Notes: generated by a model not told the origin, from the sequence alone. 64,000 nucleotides of DNA from Candidatus Nomurabacteria bacterium (GCA_020632095.1 JACKGF010000001.1:541366-605365); one strand, 5' to 3'; counted from the first letter of the stretch, positions 51,208-61,628 are shown. Numbers and translations are program-made.

Positions 51208-52560
51208 TTAAGTCCCGGTGCGCATAATAATCGTCGCCACGGTCTTGAGGGCAATTTGCATATCGAGCAATAAGGATCGTCGTTCTAGGTAAAAAAGATC
51301 ATAAGAAAGTTTGGCGGTAGTACGCTCAACATCTACTCCACCTCGTGGCACATCAAAGTTATTGATTTGCGCCCAGCCAGACAAGCCAGGTTTAAGAAAA
51401 TGACGGGTGTTGTAATACGGAATTTCTTTGGCATAGACCTCAGCTAGGGCTGGCATTTCCGGTCGGGGACCAACGAAAGACAAATCTCCCCGCAACACAT
51501 TAATAAGTTGTGGTAATTCATCAATCCGTGTCTTACGCAAAAATATTCCCACTCGCGTATCAACCAAAGTACTACTAAGAGCGGCTGCACCTTTATCAGC
51601 GCCGTTCTTAGTTCTTAATTTATAGATGGTAATTATCTCATTGAATTGCCCGACTCTAGAAGTGGTGTAAAAAAGTTTTCCCCTATCTTCTAATTTGATA
51701 GCCAGTGCGGCAAAGGGAAATATTATCAGTGCTGGAACTAACAGTGCTAACGCTCCTATTACATCAATCGCCCGCTTAACAGCATCATAGATAGCACTTT
51801 TGGATTGAGAAATATTAGAAATAAACCACTCGTATTGCAACATATTGACTGGTACTCGATCAAAAGTATCTTCGTATAATTTATTAAAGTCTAAAAACGT
51901 GCAAGCAAAATGCAGAAAAGACAAGTTAAATAAGACTGGCAAAAACGACCGAATGGCCTTTCCTTGTGGATCAGCTACTATCAGTTCAATTTTCTCCCGC
52001 TCCATTAGAGCCATTATTTTTACTTCAAAATCTTTAGTATTGGTTAGAGTCTGTTCATCAATAATCCGAATGAAGTAGTAGTTATACCGGTCGTTATTAT
52101 TAATTTCGTCAGCCAACTCAATTGCTTCGGGACCATCAGCAATTAACACTGCTTTATGTCGCTGTTTGGACGATATTAATGGTACTAGTTTGATTCGCCA
52201 GAGACTAAGCAAAAGAATTGATATTACCAAATAAATAATCAGGTTTGTCTTCGGAGTAATACCAAACGGAATTATGAAAAACAACACGCCGGCTACCACC
52301 ACATTTATTATCTGCGCATAAAGAATCCGGTTGACCAACAATTTTTTGAGAAGATTAGTGTGCTTATCGTATAAACCTAGAATAAAGAAAACTCCTAGCC
52401 ATACCGCCGAGAAGGTTAGAAACGGTGACATATGTGCATTCCACAACTCCCAGCTCGGCAATTCTAAATAGCGCACAAATAGCGTCACCCATAAGGCCAC
52501 ATTGAAGACTACTATATCTCCGGCAATCAGTATAAATAATTCTCTGGTTCGCTCACCCAT
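51208..52560 (-). CDS. Polyprenyl-phosphate glycosyl-1-phosphate transferase (bacterial sugar transferase, WbaP-like)
   Basis: C-terminal DELPQLINVLRGDLSFVGPRP motif with multiple N-terminal TM helices. Confidence 0.8.
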   Translation of the reverse strand: MGERTRELFILIAGDIVVFNVALWVTLFVRYLELPSWELWNAHMSPFLTFSAVWLGVFFILGLYDKHTNLLKKLLVNRILYAQIINVVVAGVLFFIIPFGITPKTNLIIYLVISILLLSLWRIKLVPLISSKQRHKAVLIADGPEAIELADEINNNDRYNYYFIRIIDEQTLTNTKDFEVKIMALMEREKIELIVADPQGKAIRSFLPVLFNLSFLHFACTFLDFNKLYEDTFDRVPVNMLQYEWFISNISQSKSAIYDAVKRAIDVIGALALLVPALIIFPFAALAIKLEDRGKLFYTTSRVGQFNEIITIYKLRTKNGADKGAAALSSTLVDTRVGIFLRKTRIDELPQLINVLRGDLSFVGPRPEMPALAEVYAKEIPYYNTRHFLKPGLSGWAQINNFDVPRGGVDVERTTAKLSYDLFYLERRSLLLDMQIALKTVATIIMRTGT

Positions 52561-52638
52561 AAATATCGTGTTGAATTATCAAATCCTACCGAAGTTTAGA
52601 ATATAAGCAAGTTAATAAGATTGTTTTGATTTACAACC

Positions 52639-52914
52639 GTGTATAATGTTGATATGAATGAGCGGCTTAAATTTGAAGAAGGACAACCTTCTTTGAGGCA
52701 AAGTGAACCTTCTAGTTCATATTTCAGTATAGATAAATTTTTTTTACGTAAAGGAATAGCCAAAACTCAAAAAAGTGCTTCTTTACTTAGTTTAATAATT
52801 ATGTTGCTAATAATTATTATTTGTACTCTTTTTATATATAACTCTAACATCACTAAAAACCAGATTCCTGACAAATATCGTTATGATCCCACCAAAACAG
52901 ATGCAAATTCTTAA
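52639..52914 (+). CDS. Small membrane protein
   Basis: 91 aa with one TM. Upstream of the pilin gene. Confidence 0.3.
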   Translation: MYNVDMNERLKFEEGQPSLRQSEPSSSYFSIDKFFLRKGIAKTQKSASLLSLIIMLLIIIICTLFIYNSNITKNQIPDKYRYDPTKTDANS

Positions 52915-53440
52915 ACCAAATAATAATTCTTACGGTTTTACCTTAATTGAGTTATTGGTAGTAATTTCAATAATTGGTTTTTTAGCTTCTGTCGTTCTCA
53001 GTAGTCTAGATGACGCTAGAGCAAGCGCTCGCGACACTGTTCGAATGTCAGATATGAAAGCCATAAGACAAGCGTTGGAACTTTACCGAAACAAAAACAA
53101 CCACTACCCTGGAAATGCAGAAGGTATCGGTAACTCTGGTCAAATAATTGGGGTTGGAAATCCCATAGATGTCGCAATTGGACCTTATTTAGCAGGTGCT
53201 GTACCAAAAGATCCGCTTCATGATGCGGGAAATGGAGTAACACCAACGGCTGGAGCTATCTACTTTTATTCTTATGATCCACTACATAATATCGACAATT
53301 GTGCCTCCCCGAGCGTTGTACTATACAGCGCTGCACTTTACGGATTTAACCGCGGAGAAACAATTTCAACACCCGATAAAGACACTTGTTCTGGAGGTGA
53401 CGTGAACTTAAACAACGCTATTTTCAATAAACAATTGTGA
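52883..53440 (+). CDS. Type IV pilin / pseudopilin (class III signal peptide)
   Basis: Prepilin motif G|FTLIELLVVISIIGFLA, with a C-terminal Cys pair (CASP...CSGG). Confidence 0.7.
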   Translation: MIPPKQMQILKPNNNSYGFTLIELLVVISIIGFLASVVLSSLDDARASARDTVRMSDMKAIRQALELYRNKNNHYPGNAEGIGNSGQIIGVGNPIDVAIGPYLAGAVPKDPLHDAGNGVTPTAGAIYFYSYDPLHNIDNCASPSVVLYSAALYGFNRGETISTPDKDTCSGGDVNLNNAIFNKQL

Positions 53441-53515
53441 ATATAAATTTAGTATACATAAAAAGGCTTAAATTTATGGACATCTGTCATAAGTATACAT
53501 ATACTTAAATTAATT

Positions 53516-54667
53516 ATGTCCAAACCCCTTAAAATTCTTTATATCATTACCAAAAGTAACTTGGGTGGAGCGCAGAAATATGTTTTTGAGTTGGCTTGTA
53601 AGGCTAAGGAAAATGGATACGAGGTGACCGTAGCTTGTGGTGGCACCGGCGCAGCCGGTGCCACCACAGGCCCCCTAGTCACCAAACTCTCCGAACAAAA
53701 GATACCCTTCATTGTAGTTAAAAACTTTGTGCGTAACATGTCATTTGTAAGTGATATATTGGCCTTTTTTGAAGTCTGGAAAATCATCCGCAAAGTTAAG
53801 CCTGATGTGCTACATGTCAGTAGCTCAAAAGCCGGCGGAATTGGTGCTCTGGCAGGGCGATTGTCCTTAGTTCCCAGAATCATTTTTACCTCACACGGAC
53901 TCACCACCGATGAAACTTGGCGACCTCGTTGGCAACAATTTCTGATTTATTTAGGCACATGGATAACCATTCGTCTCTCTCACTTTAGCATCATGATTTC
54001 AACCGATACTTTCAAAAGAGCTAGTCAAATGCCTGGCTTATTGTCACGTGTACGTTTGATCAAAAACGGTGTGGCCCCGATTAAGTTTTTTGAACGCGGT
54101 GAGGCGCGAGCGAAGCTCGCGCCTCACGTACCCCAAAAATCATTATGGATTGGCGGCATCGGAGAACTACACCCAAACAAAAACTGGTCAGCTGCTATTA
54201 TCTCTATGTCCACCCTATCTCCTAAAAACCACCTTCTAATCATCGGTGAAGGTGAAGAAAAACTTAAGCTAGAAGAGCTAATTGCACAACATAATTTATC
54301 AGAACAAGTCCATCTACTTGGTTATATTAACGCCGCTCAATATCTCAAAGCTTTCGATATTTTCATTTTACCGTCAAAGAAAGAAGGTTTGCCATATGTA
54401 TTACTGGAAGCTGGACTAGCTGGAGTCGCTACTATTGCTAGTGACCTCCCTGGTAACCACGACATTATTGAATCAGGCCAGTCCGGTCTATTGGTAAAAC
54501 CCACTCCCCAACTAATTTCAACCTCACTTGAAATACTTCTCCGCGACGAAGGTATGCGCCGTAATCTGGGCTCAAATCTAAAACAGAACACTGAAACAAA
54601 TTTTTCTCTAGAGAAAATGTGTCAGCAAACTTTTGACCTCTACCAATCAAGAACACTGTCTGACTGA
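53516..54667 (+). CDS. Glycosyltransferase family 1/4
   Basis: EGLPYVLLEAGLAGVATIASDLPGNHDII. Confidence 0.8.
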   Translation: MSKPLKILYIITKSNLGGAQKYVFELACKAKENGYEVTVACGGTGAAGATTGPLVTKLSEQKIPFIVVKNFVRNMSFVSDILAFFEVWKIIRKVKPDVLHVSSSKAGGIGALAGRLSLVPRIIFTSHGLTTDETWRPRWQQFLIYLGTWITIRLSHFSIMISTDTFKRASQMPGLLSRVRLIKNGVAPIKFFERGEARAKLAPHVPQKSLWIGGIGELHPNKNWSAAIISMSTLSPKNHLLIIGEGEEKLKLEELIAQHNLSEQVHLLGYINAAQYLKAFDIFILPSKKEGLPYVLLEAGLAGVATIASDLPGNHDIIESGQSGLLVKPTPQLISTSLEILLRDEGMRRNLGSNLKQNTETNFSLEKMCQQTFDLYQSRTLSD

Positions 54668-55758
54668 TGAGTTTTAGTAGCATACCTGCGCATACCCATT
54701 ACCATTCCGACCGCGATAAACTCCGTAAATAGATGAGATCCCCCGTAACTTAAAAACGGAATTGTGGTTCCAGTCACTGGTAACAATCCAATATTCATAC
54801 CAATATGAACAAAGAAGTGAGCCACAAACAAAACACATACGCCAGCCGCAAATAAACGTTCGAAGTTGGTTGAACCCTCAACCGCATATTTAAGTAAACG
54901 CCAAACCACCAAAGAAAAAAGTATAAAAAGTAATACTACCCCTGCTAGACCCCACTCCTCAGCAAAAGCAGCAAAAATAAAGTCTGTTTCGTATTCTGGC
55001 AAAAATAAAAACTTGGACTGGGTACCATATCCAATCCCCTTTCCAAACAACTCTCCTGAACCAATCGCCACAGTTGATTGATATGCATTGTAGCCAGCCC
55101 CTTGAATATCAGACAAAGGATCAATAAAAGTCATGATGCGATCCTTTTGATAATCAAGAAAGATAAATTGCCACATTATTCCTAAGGCTACTGCTCCAAG
55201 CACAAAAACAGTCGCTAAATGTCTGAACTTAATTCCAGAGACCAATACCATACCCAACCAAACAAAAAATAAAATAGCCGCCGAGCCAAAGTCTGGCTGA
55301 ATAAATACCAGACCAAATACTCCAATCGCATATATTCCAGAAATTATGATGTGCGAAAAATCGCCAATTAATTCATGACGTTTAGCAAAGTATTTTGCTA
55401 ACACTATGATAAGTGCTAACTTAGCTGGATCTGACGGTTGTAATGAAAAGAAACCGAGGTTAAATCGACTCTGTGCGCCAAGAGTAATTTCACCAATTAC
55501 TAGCACCAACAACAACATAAATACTGTCACGACATATATATAAAAAGCGGTATTACCAGTTCGCAGAAAACGATAATCTGGGACCATGGCCATTAACATC
55601 GCCAACGTAGCCAATAATATCCAGACAATTTGCTTATTAAAAAAATCGTTATCGCCTACATGGGAATACATAGTCACCAACCCCATAAAAGTAAGGCCCA
55701 TAACGCCCAAAAACAATACCGCATCAAACCCGCCAAATAGTGTTCGTAATTGACCCAT
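54640..55758 (-). CDS. SEDS-family peptidoglycan glycosyltransferase FtsW/RodA
   Basis: Ten TM helices. DFIFAAFAEEWGLAGVVLL matches the SEDS conserved block. Confidence 0.75.
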   Translation of the reverse strand: MGQLRTLFGGFDAVLFLGVMGLTFMGLVTMYSHVGDNDFFNKQIVWILLATLAMLMAMVPDYRFLRTGNTAFYIYVVTVFMLLLVLVIGEITLGAQSRFNLGFFSLQPSDPAKLALIIVLAKYFAKRHELIGDFSHIIISGIYAIGVFGLVFIQPDFGSAAILFFVWLGMVLVSGIKFRHLATVFVLGAVALGIMWQFIFLDYQKDRIMTFIDPLSDIQGAGYNAYQSTVAIGSGELFGKGIGYGTQSKFLFLPEYETDFIFAAFAEEWGLAGVVLLFILFSLVVWRLLKYAVEGSTNFERLFAAGVCVLFVAHFFVHIGMNIGLLPVTGTTIPFLSYGGSHLFTEFIAVGMVMGMRRYATKTHQSDSVLDW

Positions 55759-55803
55759 AATTAGTATTGTACGTCACTAAACAACTCTCGTAACTTGTTT
55801 CAA

Positions 55804-57201
55804 TTAACGAAGTGGTGTGAAATTGGTTTTTGTTTTGGCAATAACATCAATCTTAGTCGGACCAACTTCACAGAGTGAAGTGGTTATTTCCTTATATATA
55901 GCCTCTAAATCGTTACCAGTAGGAGCAAAATAAGCATTTGATTCATCTGAAGCAATCGCTTTAATGAATGTCTGATCAACATTTTTTCCTAGCCCGATGG
56001 CATAAACTTCAATACCATTTTCATTGAGTTCAGTTGCAACTGTTATTGCTTTTGCTACTGCATCTTCATCTCCACTCTCAGTCGGCAAACCGTCAGTCAA
56101 GATGACCAATACTCGTCTAGCGTCTTGGTTATGTCTTTCAGAATTTAATTCAGTCTGCGCAGTCGTCAGTGCGTCTGAAGTGTTGGTAAAGCCATGTTCC
56201 TCGACTGGAGAAATACTGAGCGCCTGAACAGCATTAGCTACGGCTCCATGTAAATTGGTGAGTCTGGTAATTGTTTCTGCTCTTGTAGCGAAAGTAACAA
56301 CCGAAACTTGGTCCTTTTCTTTTAACGAATTTACAAATCTACTAGCCGCGCCTATAACATCTGTAATTGGTTGTGGAGGGTTATCCCCGTCATTATTCAT
56401 ACTACCAGAAACGTCGATTCCAATCATTACGTCAGTAGGAATCTCACAACTTTTTACAGTCTTAGCAATCGGTGACGGCCAAGTGAAAACTAAATCTTTA
56501 CTTGATCTTGCTTCAATTCTTTCTGTAAATGTCTTAGAAGCTGTTACTGGTCGACCAGATTCATTAAAGATAGTCGCTACCACCTCAACATTATTAGCTG
56601 GTGTTAACTCAGTATTCTCCAGCTTAACATCAAGTCTAGGCTTAAAATCAGAACTAGACAACTTAATGTCTTGAGAGCGAAACTGACTATAGCCAACCGT
56701 GGCTGGTATCCACATATCAACTGGCTCAAGAATAATTTTTGTTTCAGTGACTTCTTGTCTAGAATCAGTTAATATCTTACCCTCAAAGATTGGGTACGAA
56801 CTATTCGGAGGCAAAACTGTTGTTCCGGAGCGTTCAGCCACCACAATCCCATTATTAAGAAGTTGAAACTTGTAATTTAACTCTGGTGTTGCCGCGATTT
56901 GGTTTTTATTTTCGATATAAGCCACCGCATTGTACTGACCTTCAGTTATTTTAAAACTCTCTGTCCAAACAACTTGTGGGGAGGAAACACCGGCTGCACA
57001 AATACGAACACAACTACCCCCACAATCAATACCAGTTTCATTGCCATTCATAACCAAGTCAAAACAGTTTGCAGGTTGGTAAAAATTTATATAAAAAATT
57101 AAAACTCCAACTAGACCCCAAAAAGAAAAGAAGCCAGCCCCATATTGAATACGCCTCCAAATTGCCCACAACCTAACAGTTTTTTTACTCATACTACACA
57201 A
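55804..57201 (-). CDS. Membrane-anchored von Willebrand factor A domain protein
   Basis: MIDAS motif IGIDVSGSMNNDG. N-terminal TM. Confidence 0.65.
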   Translation of the reverse strand: MCSMSKKTVRLWAIWRRIQYGAGFFSFWGLVGVLIFYINFYQPANCFDLVMNGNETGIDCGGSCVRICAAGVSSPQVVWTESFKITEGQYNAVAYIENKNQIAATPELNYKFQLLNNGIVVAERSGTTVLPPNSSYPIFEGKILTDSRQEVTETKIILEPVDMWIPATVGYSQFRSQDIKLSSSDFKPRLDVKLENTELTPANNVEVVATIFNESGRPVTASKTFTERIEARSSKDLVFTWPSPIAKTVKSCEIPTDVMIGIDVSGSMNNDGDNPPQPITDVIGAASRFVNSLKEKDQVSVVTFATRAETITRLTNLHGAVANAVQALSISPVEEHGFTNTSDALTTAQTELNSERHNQDARRVLVILTDGLPTESGDEDAVAKAITVATELNENGIEVYAIGLGKNVDQTFIKAIASDESNAYFAPTGNDLEAIYKEITTSLCEVGPTKIDVIAKTKTNFTPLR

Positions 57202-57298
57202 ACATTATAACAGGTGAATTGCTATATATTAGACAATCACTGTGTAGCAGAACCAAAAAACAGCCAGAAGGCTGTTTTTTGGTTCGGCTACTTTTATC

Positions 57299-58480
57299 CT
57301 ATCTTTCTTCGACTGATGCTGTCACATCAATCCTCTTTTGATCAGAATCAGTAAGCAAAGGAGAACCGACCAATACACACTCTACACGCACAATCTGAGT
57401 GGAAGTAAGAGCTAATGTATCATAAGGATAATTTTTTGTGTCTCCTACTACCGCTGGTGCAGTATGATTAAATACAACTGGACTATTGGCTGCCGTTTCT
57501 ACACCATATAATTCGCATTGCATATCATAATCTGCTTTAATCTCAATATCTAGATGAGCTTTTTCACCGTTTCTTACAAAATCTGAATTAGTCACAATAC
57601 TTACCGTTGGTAATAATAGACACGTAGCGGGTGTATTACCGACCGCCCAAGCACCACCTGGTGCACATCCTATATTTAGGGTCTTCTCTTTGTAGAAAGG
57701 ATCTCCCAAATCATCAAGCTTGAATACAGTACTACCAAAATCTACAGGCCTCACTTCAGAACCAACAGAATTACTACTGAATTGTGAAGCGTTCTGAGTA
57801 ACTGAAGTTGCACCGACAAAGTTAGCTGAAGTCCAAGTCACAGTACTATCACATGTTGAATTACCATTAGCGATTGTACAAGAGGAAGCATCAATTGACC
57901 CAGATGGTGAGAGGCAAGCATCACCTGTACCGGTCACTTGACCAAAATCAACCCAACCAACCACATTTGATCCCCAAGCAAAACCACTCCAACTACAACT
58001 AGCAGCCGGAGAATTAGATTTTACTCCATTTACGCCAGCCGCACTAAGACTAATCCAACCATCCCAACCACCAGCATTTGCTCCAGCAGATAATGGACTG
58101 AGAGCACGCGCCCAGCCAGAAACTAAGCCAGCTACTGGATCAAGCACTGGAGCACAAGACCCTAAAGGACAGCCCGACAAATCAGCTGGGTTAAAGGTAA
58201 TCCAGCCAATGTTATCCGACCAAGCATAACCGGATAGATTTCCTGAACCATCAACCCTTACACCATAATTAGATGTACCGCACGAACCATCGTTAGTACA
58301 ATTCATCGAAATCCATCCGATAGTATCACTCCAAGCATAACCAGCGACATTATCCCCCGCACTTGACTCTACTTTATCTACTTGAGTACTGTAAATGACT
58401 CCTAAGACTGAGGCCACTGCTAAAACAGATACGACTGTATTTAGAAGAGTTCTGTGCAAGTTTTTTATATTTTGTGACAT
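57299..58480 (-). CDS. Secreted repeat protein (three AWSDxIGWIxFN-like repeats)
   Basis: 393 aa with N-terminal TM/signal. Repeats GYAWSDTIGWISMN, GYAWSDNIGWITFN and GFAWGSNVVGWVDFG. Confidence 0.5.
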   Translation of the reverse strand: MSQNIKNLHRTLLNTVVSVLAVASVLGVIYSTQVDKVESSAGDNVAGYAWSDTIGWISMNCTNDGSCGTSNYGVRVDGSGNLSGYAWSDNIGWITFNPADLSGCPLGSCAPVLDPVAGLVSGWARALSPLSAGANAGGWDGWISLSAAGVNGVKSNSPAASCSWSGFAWGSNVVGWVDFGQVTGTGDACLSPSGSIDASSCTIANGNSTCDSTVTWTSANFVGATSVTQNASQFSSNSVGSEVRPVDFGSTVFKLDDLGDPFYKEKTLNIGCAPGGAWAVGNTPATCLLLPTVSIVTNSDFVRNGEKAHLDIEIKADYDMQCELYGVETAANSPVVFNHTAPAVVGDTKNYPYDTLALTSTQIVRVECVLVGSPLLTDSDQKRIDVTASVEER

Positions 58481-58552
58481 AAATAATATCTTGGTTTTTA
58501 ACTTGAAATATAGGTTTACAATAAATTATTTTATAAGACCAAAAAATTATTC

Positions 58553-59149
58553 CTATTGGACCTTACAACATACAACCTCTTGTTCAATTACTCCTGCAAG
58601 AGGGTCTGAAGGATTAGTAACAGGACTATCTCCTGATCCTCCCCAACCATTTGGCACTGGACTTCCAATAGGTCCACATGCAGTTACGTTACCATTTGTA
58701 GCAACTCTACATCCTCCTCCAGTAGCTATTTCTCCAGCTCCACAAAAGGCAGCTGGGCCAGTTCCGTTTGGATCTCCAACTGCCGTAACAACTCTACAAC
58801 TTAAAGGCTTTGAATCTACGTAGTCCTTTGTCACCACAGTCGCTCCAGGGTCAGTTGCCAACGTAGAATTTGAATAAATCTTACCACCTACAACCATGTT
58901 TTCACCCACACCTAGTCCAAAGCCAGTTGGAGAACTTAAAGAAGCATTAATATTCAAAGGACCTCCTTTGGATTGCCAATCATCCGAAATAGTGAGTGGA
59001 CCGGCCACATTTGGGTTAGGCGGGGCTCCCGCTGGATCAGTCCAAGCAGCAATCGCCCCTTGCACGCCGACCATAAGAAACACGCCAGTCATTAAACCAA
59101 AAATGGTGTAGGTGATGGTTTTGGTGAGTGATTTGATATTTGTTGTCAT
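58553..59149 (-). CDS. Secreted/surface protein (pilin-like size, N-terminal anchor)
   Basis: 198 aa, N-terminal hydrophobic helix, Gly/Pro-rich. Confidence 0.4.
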   Translation of the reverse strand: MTTNIKSLTKTITYTIFGLMTGVFLMVGVQGAIAAWTDPAGAPPNPNVAGPLTISDDWQSKGGPLNINASLSSPTGFGLGVGENMVVGGKIYSNSTLATDPGATVVTKDYVDSKPLSCRVVTAVGDPNGTGPAAFCGAGEIATGGGCRVATNGNVTACGPIGSPVPNGWGGSGDSPVTNPSDPLAGVIEQEVVCCKVQ

Positions 59150-59159
59150 AATAATGTGA

Positions 59160-59504
59160 TTATGGTTTTGTAAGTAGATCTAACTGGGCTTTTACTTCTG
59201 CTTCGGTTACGGGTTTAGGTGGTGTTGATTTTGACAGTATTTCTAATTGTTTCCCAACATCCTCTTCGGTCGGTGACTGAGTTTGATTATTAGTACTTAG
59301 TGCCTCAAGCTGTTTCTTCACCACTTGTTCTTCAGGTCTAACTGCAACTGGTTCAGCTTTAACCTCGTCGTAGACTATTTCAGTTTCCACAAGGTTTGCT
59401 TTGGAATTTAAATTAGTAATTTGGTAATAAAAAAATGCTAAATTGAGCAAAATTAAAACACCTACGAGAGACAAGAAATTACGCTTTAGGTTATTTTCTT
59501 CCAT
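59160..59504 (-). CDS. Small membrane-anchored protein
   Basis: 114 aa with an N-terminal TM. Confidence 0.4.
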   Translation of the reverse strand: MEENNLKRNFLSLVGVLILLNLAFFYYQITNLNSKANLVETEIVYDEVKAEPVAVRPEEQVVKKQLEALSTNNQTQSPTEEDVGKQLEILSKSTPPKPVTEAEVKAQLDLLTKP

Positions 59505-59716
59505 TACTAATAGTTTACAGGCAAAAAACTATTAATAACCTTAGCCCTGTTGATAAACTAATACTATCCCCAAGCCGATCTTAGGGCTAAGACATCCACA
59601 ACCATCAGGTTAGTTCTTTCAGGAAAAGACCCTAGCCTATGCTAGGGTCTTTTCCTAAGAGTATTGAAAACTCAATGTTAAGTGAACAAAGGAGTCTTTA
59701 GACGACTATTGTGAAC

Positions 59717-60300
59717 TTATGTCGACGCAACACTAGTTTCGACCTGCCGAGGGAGAAAATAGTGTAGCTATACTCATTTACTACAAACCTGTCTAAAATC
59801 TTGGAGATGTTTTGCTTATGTCGACGCAACACTAGTTTCGACCTGCCGAGGGAGAAAATAGTGTATGCAGTCCGACTACTACGGAATCTGTCTCGTATCT
59901 TGGAGATGTTTTGCTTATGTCGACGCAACACTAGTTTCGACCTGCCGAGGGAGAAAATAGTGTATGCAGTCCGACTACTACGGAATCTGTCTCGTATCTT
60001 GGAGATGTTTTGCTTATGTCGACGCAACACTAGTTTCGACCTGCCGAGGGAGAAAATAGTGTATGCAGTCCGACTACTACGGAATCTGTCTCGTATCTTG
60101 GAGATGTTTTGCTTATGTCGACGCAACACTAGTTTCGACCTGCCGAGGGAGAAAATAGTGTATGCAGTCCGACTACTACGGAATCTGTCTCGTATCTTGA
60201 GATGTTCAACTTATGTCGACGCAACACTAGTTTCGACCTGCCGAGGGGAGAAAATAGTTTTTTGCAGTCCGACTACTACACGAATCTGTCTCGTATCTTG
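59717..60300. repeat. Tandem array of a 99-bp repeat, about 6 units, followed by a degenerate relic copy at about 60424-60535
   Basis: Unit TTATGTCGACGCAACACTAGTTTCGACCTGCCGAGGGAGAAAATAGTGTATGCAGTCCGACTACTACGGAATCTGTCTCGTATCTTGGAGATGTTTTGC. Period 99 verified at 59816, 59915, 60014, 60113 and 60212. Confidence 0.85.
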
Positions 60301-60654
60301 CAATATAAATTATTAATAAAGTGGTCTTAGGGCTGACATATTTCTTTGATGAAGATGTTTCAAACATATCTGATATGGAGTCACGATTACATAACCGGAA
60401 TCAGTTCAATTAGAATAGCTTCTGCGGACAAGTGTTTTTATTATGTCGAAAACACTAGTCTGATAGACCTGGCTTCCAAAGAAAATAGTGTATGCAATCC
60501 GACTACTATGTTGAGTGAACAAATCTTGAGATGCCTTACTATGTCTTGATTTACTTTACCTAGTTACTAACCCTAAGCCGGTCTTAGGGCTGACATAACA
60601 TATGCGAGCGACGGGCGCTCACCCTCGCTGCCAACTTCTTAAGTTGACTCTCCT

Positions 60655-60697
60655 AACAAAAGAACCACTCGTACTGAGTGGTTCTTTTGTTAGGAGT
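60655..60697. terminator. 19-bp perfect stem hairpin immediately downstream of 5S rRNA (rRNA operon terminator candidate)
   Basis: Sequence CCTAACAAAAGAACCACTC-GTACT-GAGTGGTTCTTTTGTTAGG. Confidence 0.45.
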
Positions 60698-60710
60698 ATT
60701 GAAAACTTAA

Positions 60711-60828
60711 TGTTGGCGCCTACCTACTCTTCCCCCGAGGGAGTACCATCGGCGATGAAAGGCTTAACTGCCGTGTTCGGAATGAGAACGGGTGGACCCC
60801 TTTCGCTGAAGCACCAACATTAAATTTT
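60711..60828 (-). rRNA. rrf: 5S rRNA
   Basis: Helix I UGUUGGUGC/GCGCCAACA. Conserved internal blocks (GAACACGGCAG, CCGATGGTACU, GAAGAGUAGG). Length 118. Confidence 0.75.
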
Positions 60829-60923
60829 CAATCACAATATTTTAACAACTTATATTAAATATGGTAACAAGGTGCCGTAAGACTAAAACAGAATTTATTT
60901 CACATCTTGTTTCAGCATACGGC

Positions 60924-61003
60924 TGGTCGGGGCGAGAGGATTCGAACCTCCGTCTCACACGCCTCCCGAAGGCGCGGCTCTACCTAGGCTGAGCTACGCC
61001 CCG
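60924..61003 (-). tRNA. tRNA-Pro (anticodon CGG), CCA encoded
   Basis: Manual fold: acceptor CGGGGCG/CGCCCCG with the C1:G72 typical of bacterial tRNA-Pro, anticodon loop UUCGGGA, T loop UUCGAAU, 3' ACCA. Ends +/-2 nt. Confidence 0.6.
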
Positions 61004-61027
61004 ACTGTTTGTAACAAAAGAACTTCG

Positions 61028-61100
61028 TGCCGAGAGCAGGGTTCGAACCTGCGACCTTCGCCATGTGAGGGCGACACTCTACCAATTGAGCTATCTCGGT
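61028..61100 (-). tRNA. tRNA-Val (anticodon CAC), no encoded CCA
   Basis: Manual fold: D arm GCUC-AAUUGGUA-GAGU, anticodon arm UCGCC-CUCACAU-GGCGA, T arm GCAGG-UUCGAAC-CCUGC. Position 1:72 appears to be an A:C mismatch. Confidence 0.5.
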
Positions 61101-61595
61101 TGTTCGTCAGGGGTACATAAGAGTACCCTTTTAGGCACTTTATACAAGTACCTTGTTACCACATTTAATATAAGACTAGCATCTCTACTAGTTCGCATAT
61201 TCATTGTTTGTTGTCTGGTGTGAGGAAGGTGTGACTAACTAAATAATCACACAAACACAAAGAACTGGTGCCGTTGCGGCGTAATTTGGATTGATAGCCC
61301 AAACTCTGATAGCCGCAACGGCGATGGGAGTTACCTCACAAACTAGCTGATAGCCAGCCGTGAAACCCTCCTCACACCAGACAACGTAGGTAAAAAACAC
61401 TTTTTGTACACTCAAAAATTGTACAGTTTGCTCAACGTTCCGTGTAAAAACCTGTTACATACTGATATGCAACGTTCCTTACAGGAAACTACGTCTTATT
61501 AGTACACCTCGGCTCCATACATTGCTGTACTTCTACCTAGTGCCTATCAACCTGATCATCTCTCAGGAGACTTAATGAATTCTAATCTTGGAGTT

Positions 61596-61628
<33 letters not shown>

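Noticed and set aside
59698-60316. Long ORFs on both strands with 33-aa repeating peptide units
   Set aside because: They arise purely from the 99-bp DNA tandem repeat (33 codons per unit). Both strands are open, there is no SD, and the peptide is implausible, so they are treated as a non-coding repeat.
59717-60535. CRISPR array
   Set aside because: The entire 99-bp unit is repeated near-identically with no unique spacers. The unit is far longer than CRISPR repeats, and no cas genes are nearby.
59717-60828. The 99-bp repeat unit as a 5S rRNA pseudogene array
   Set aside because: Only a 9-mer (CCGAGGGAG) and loose flanking similarity are shared with 5S. This is insufficient to call homology.
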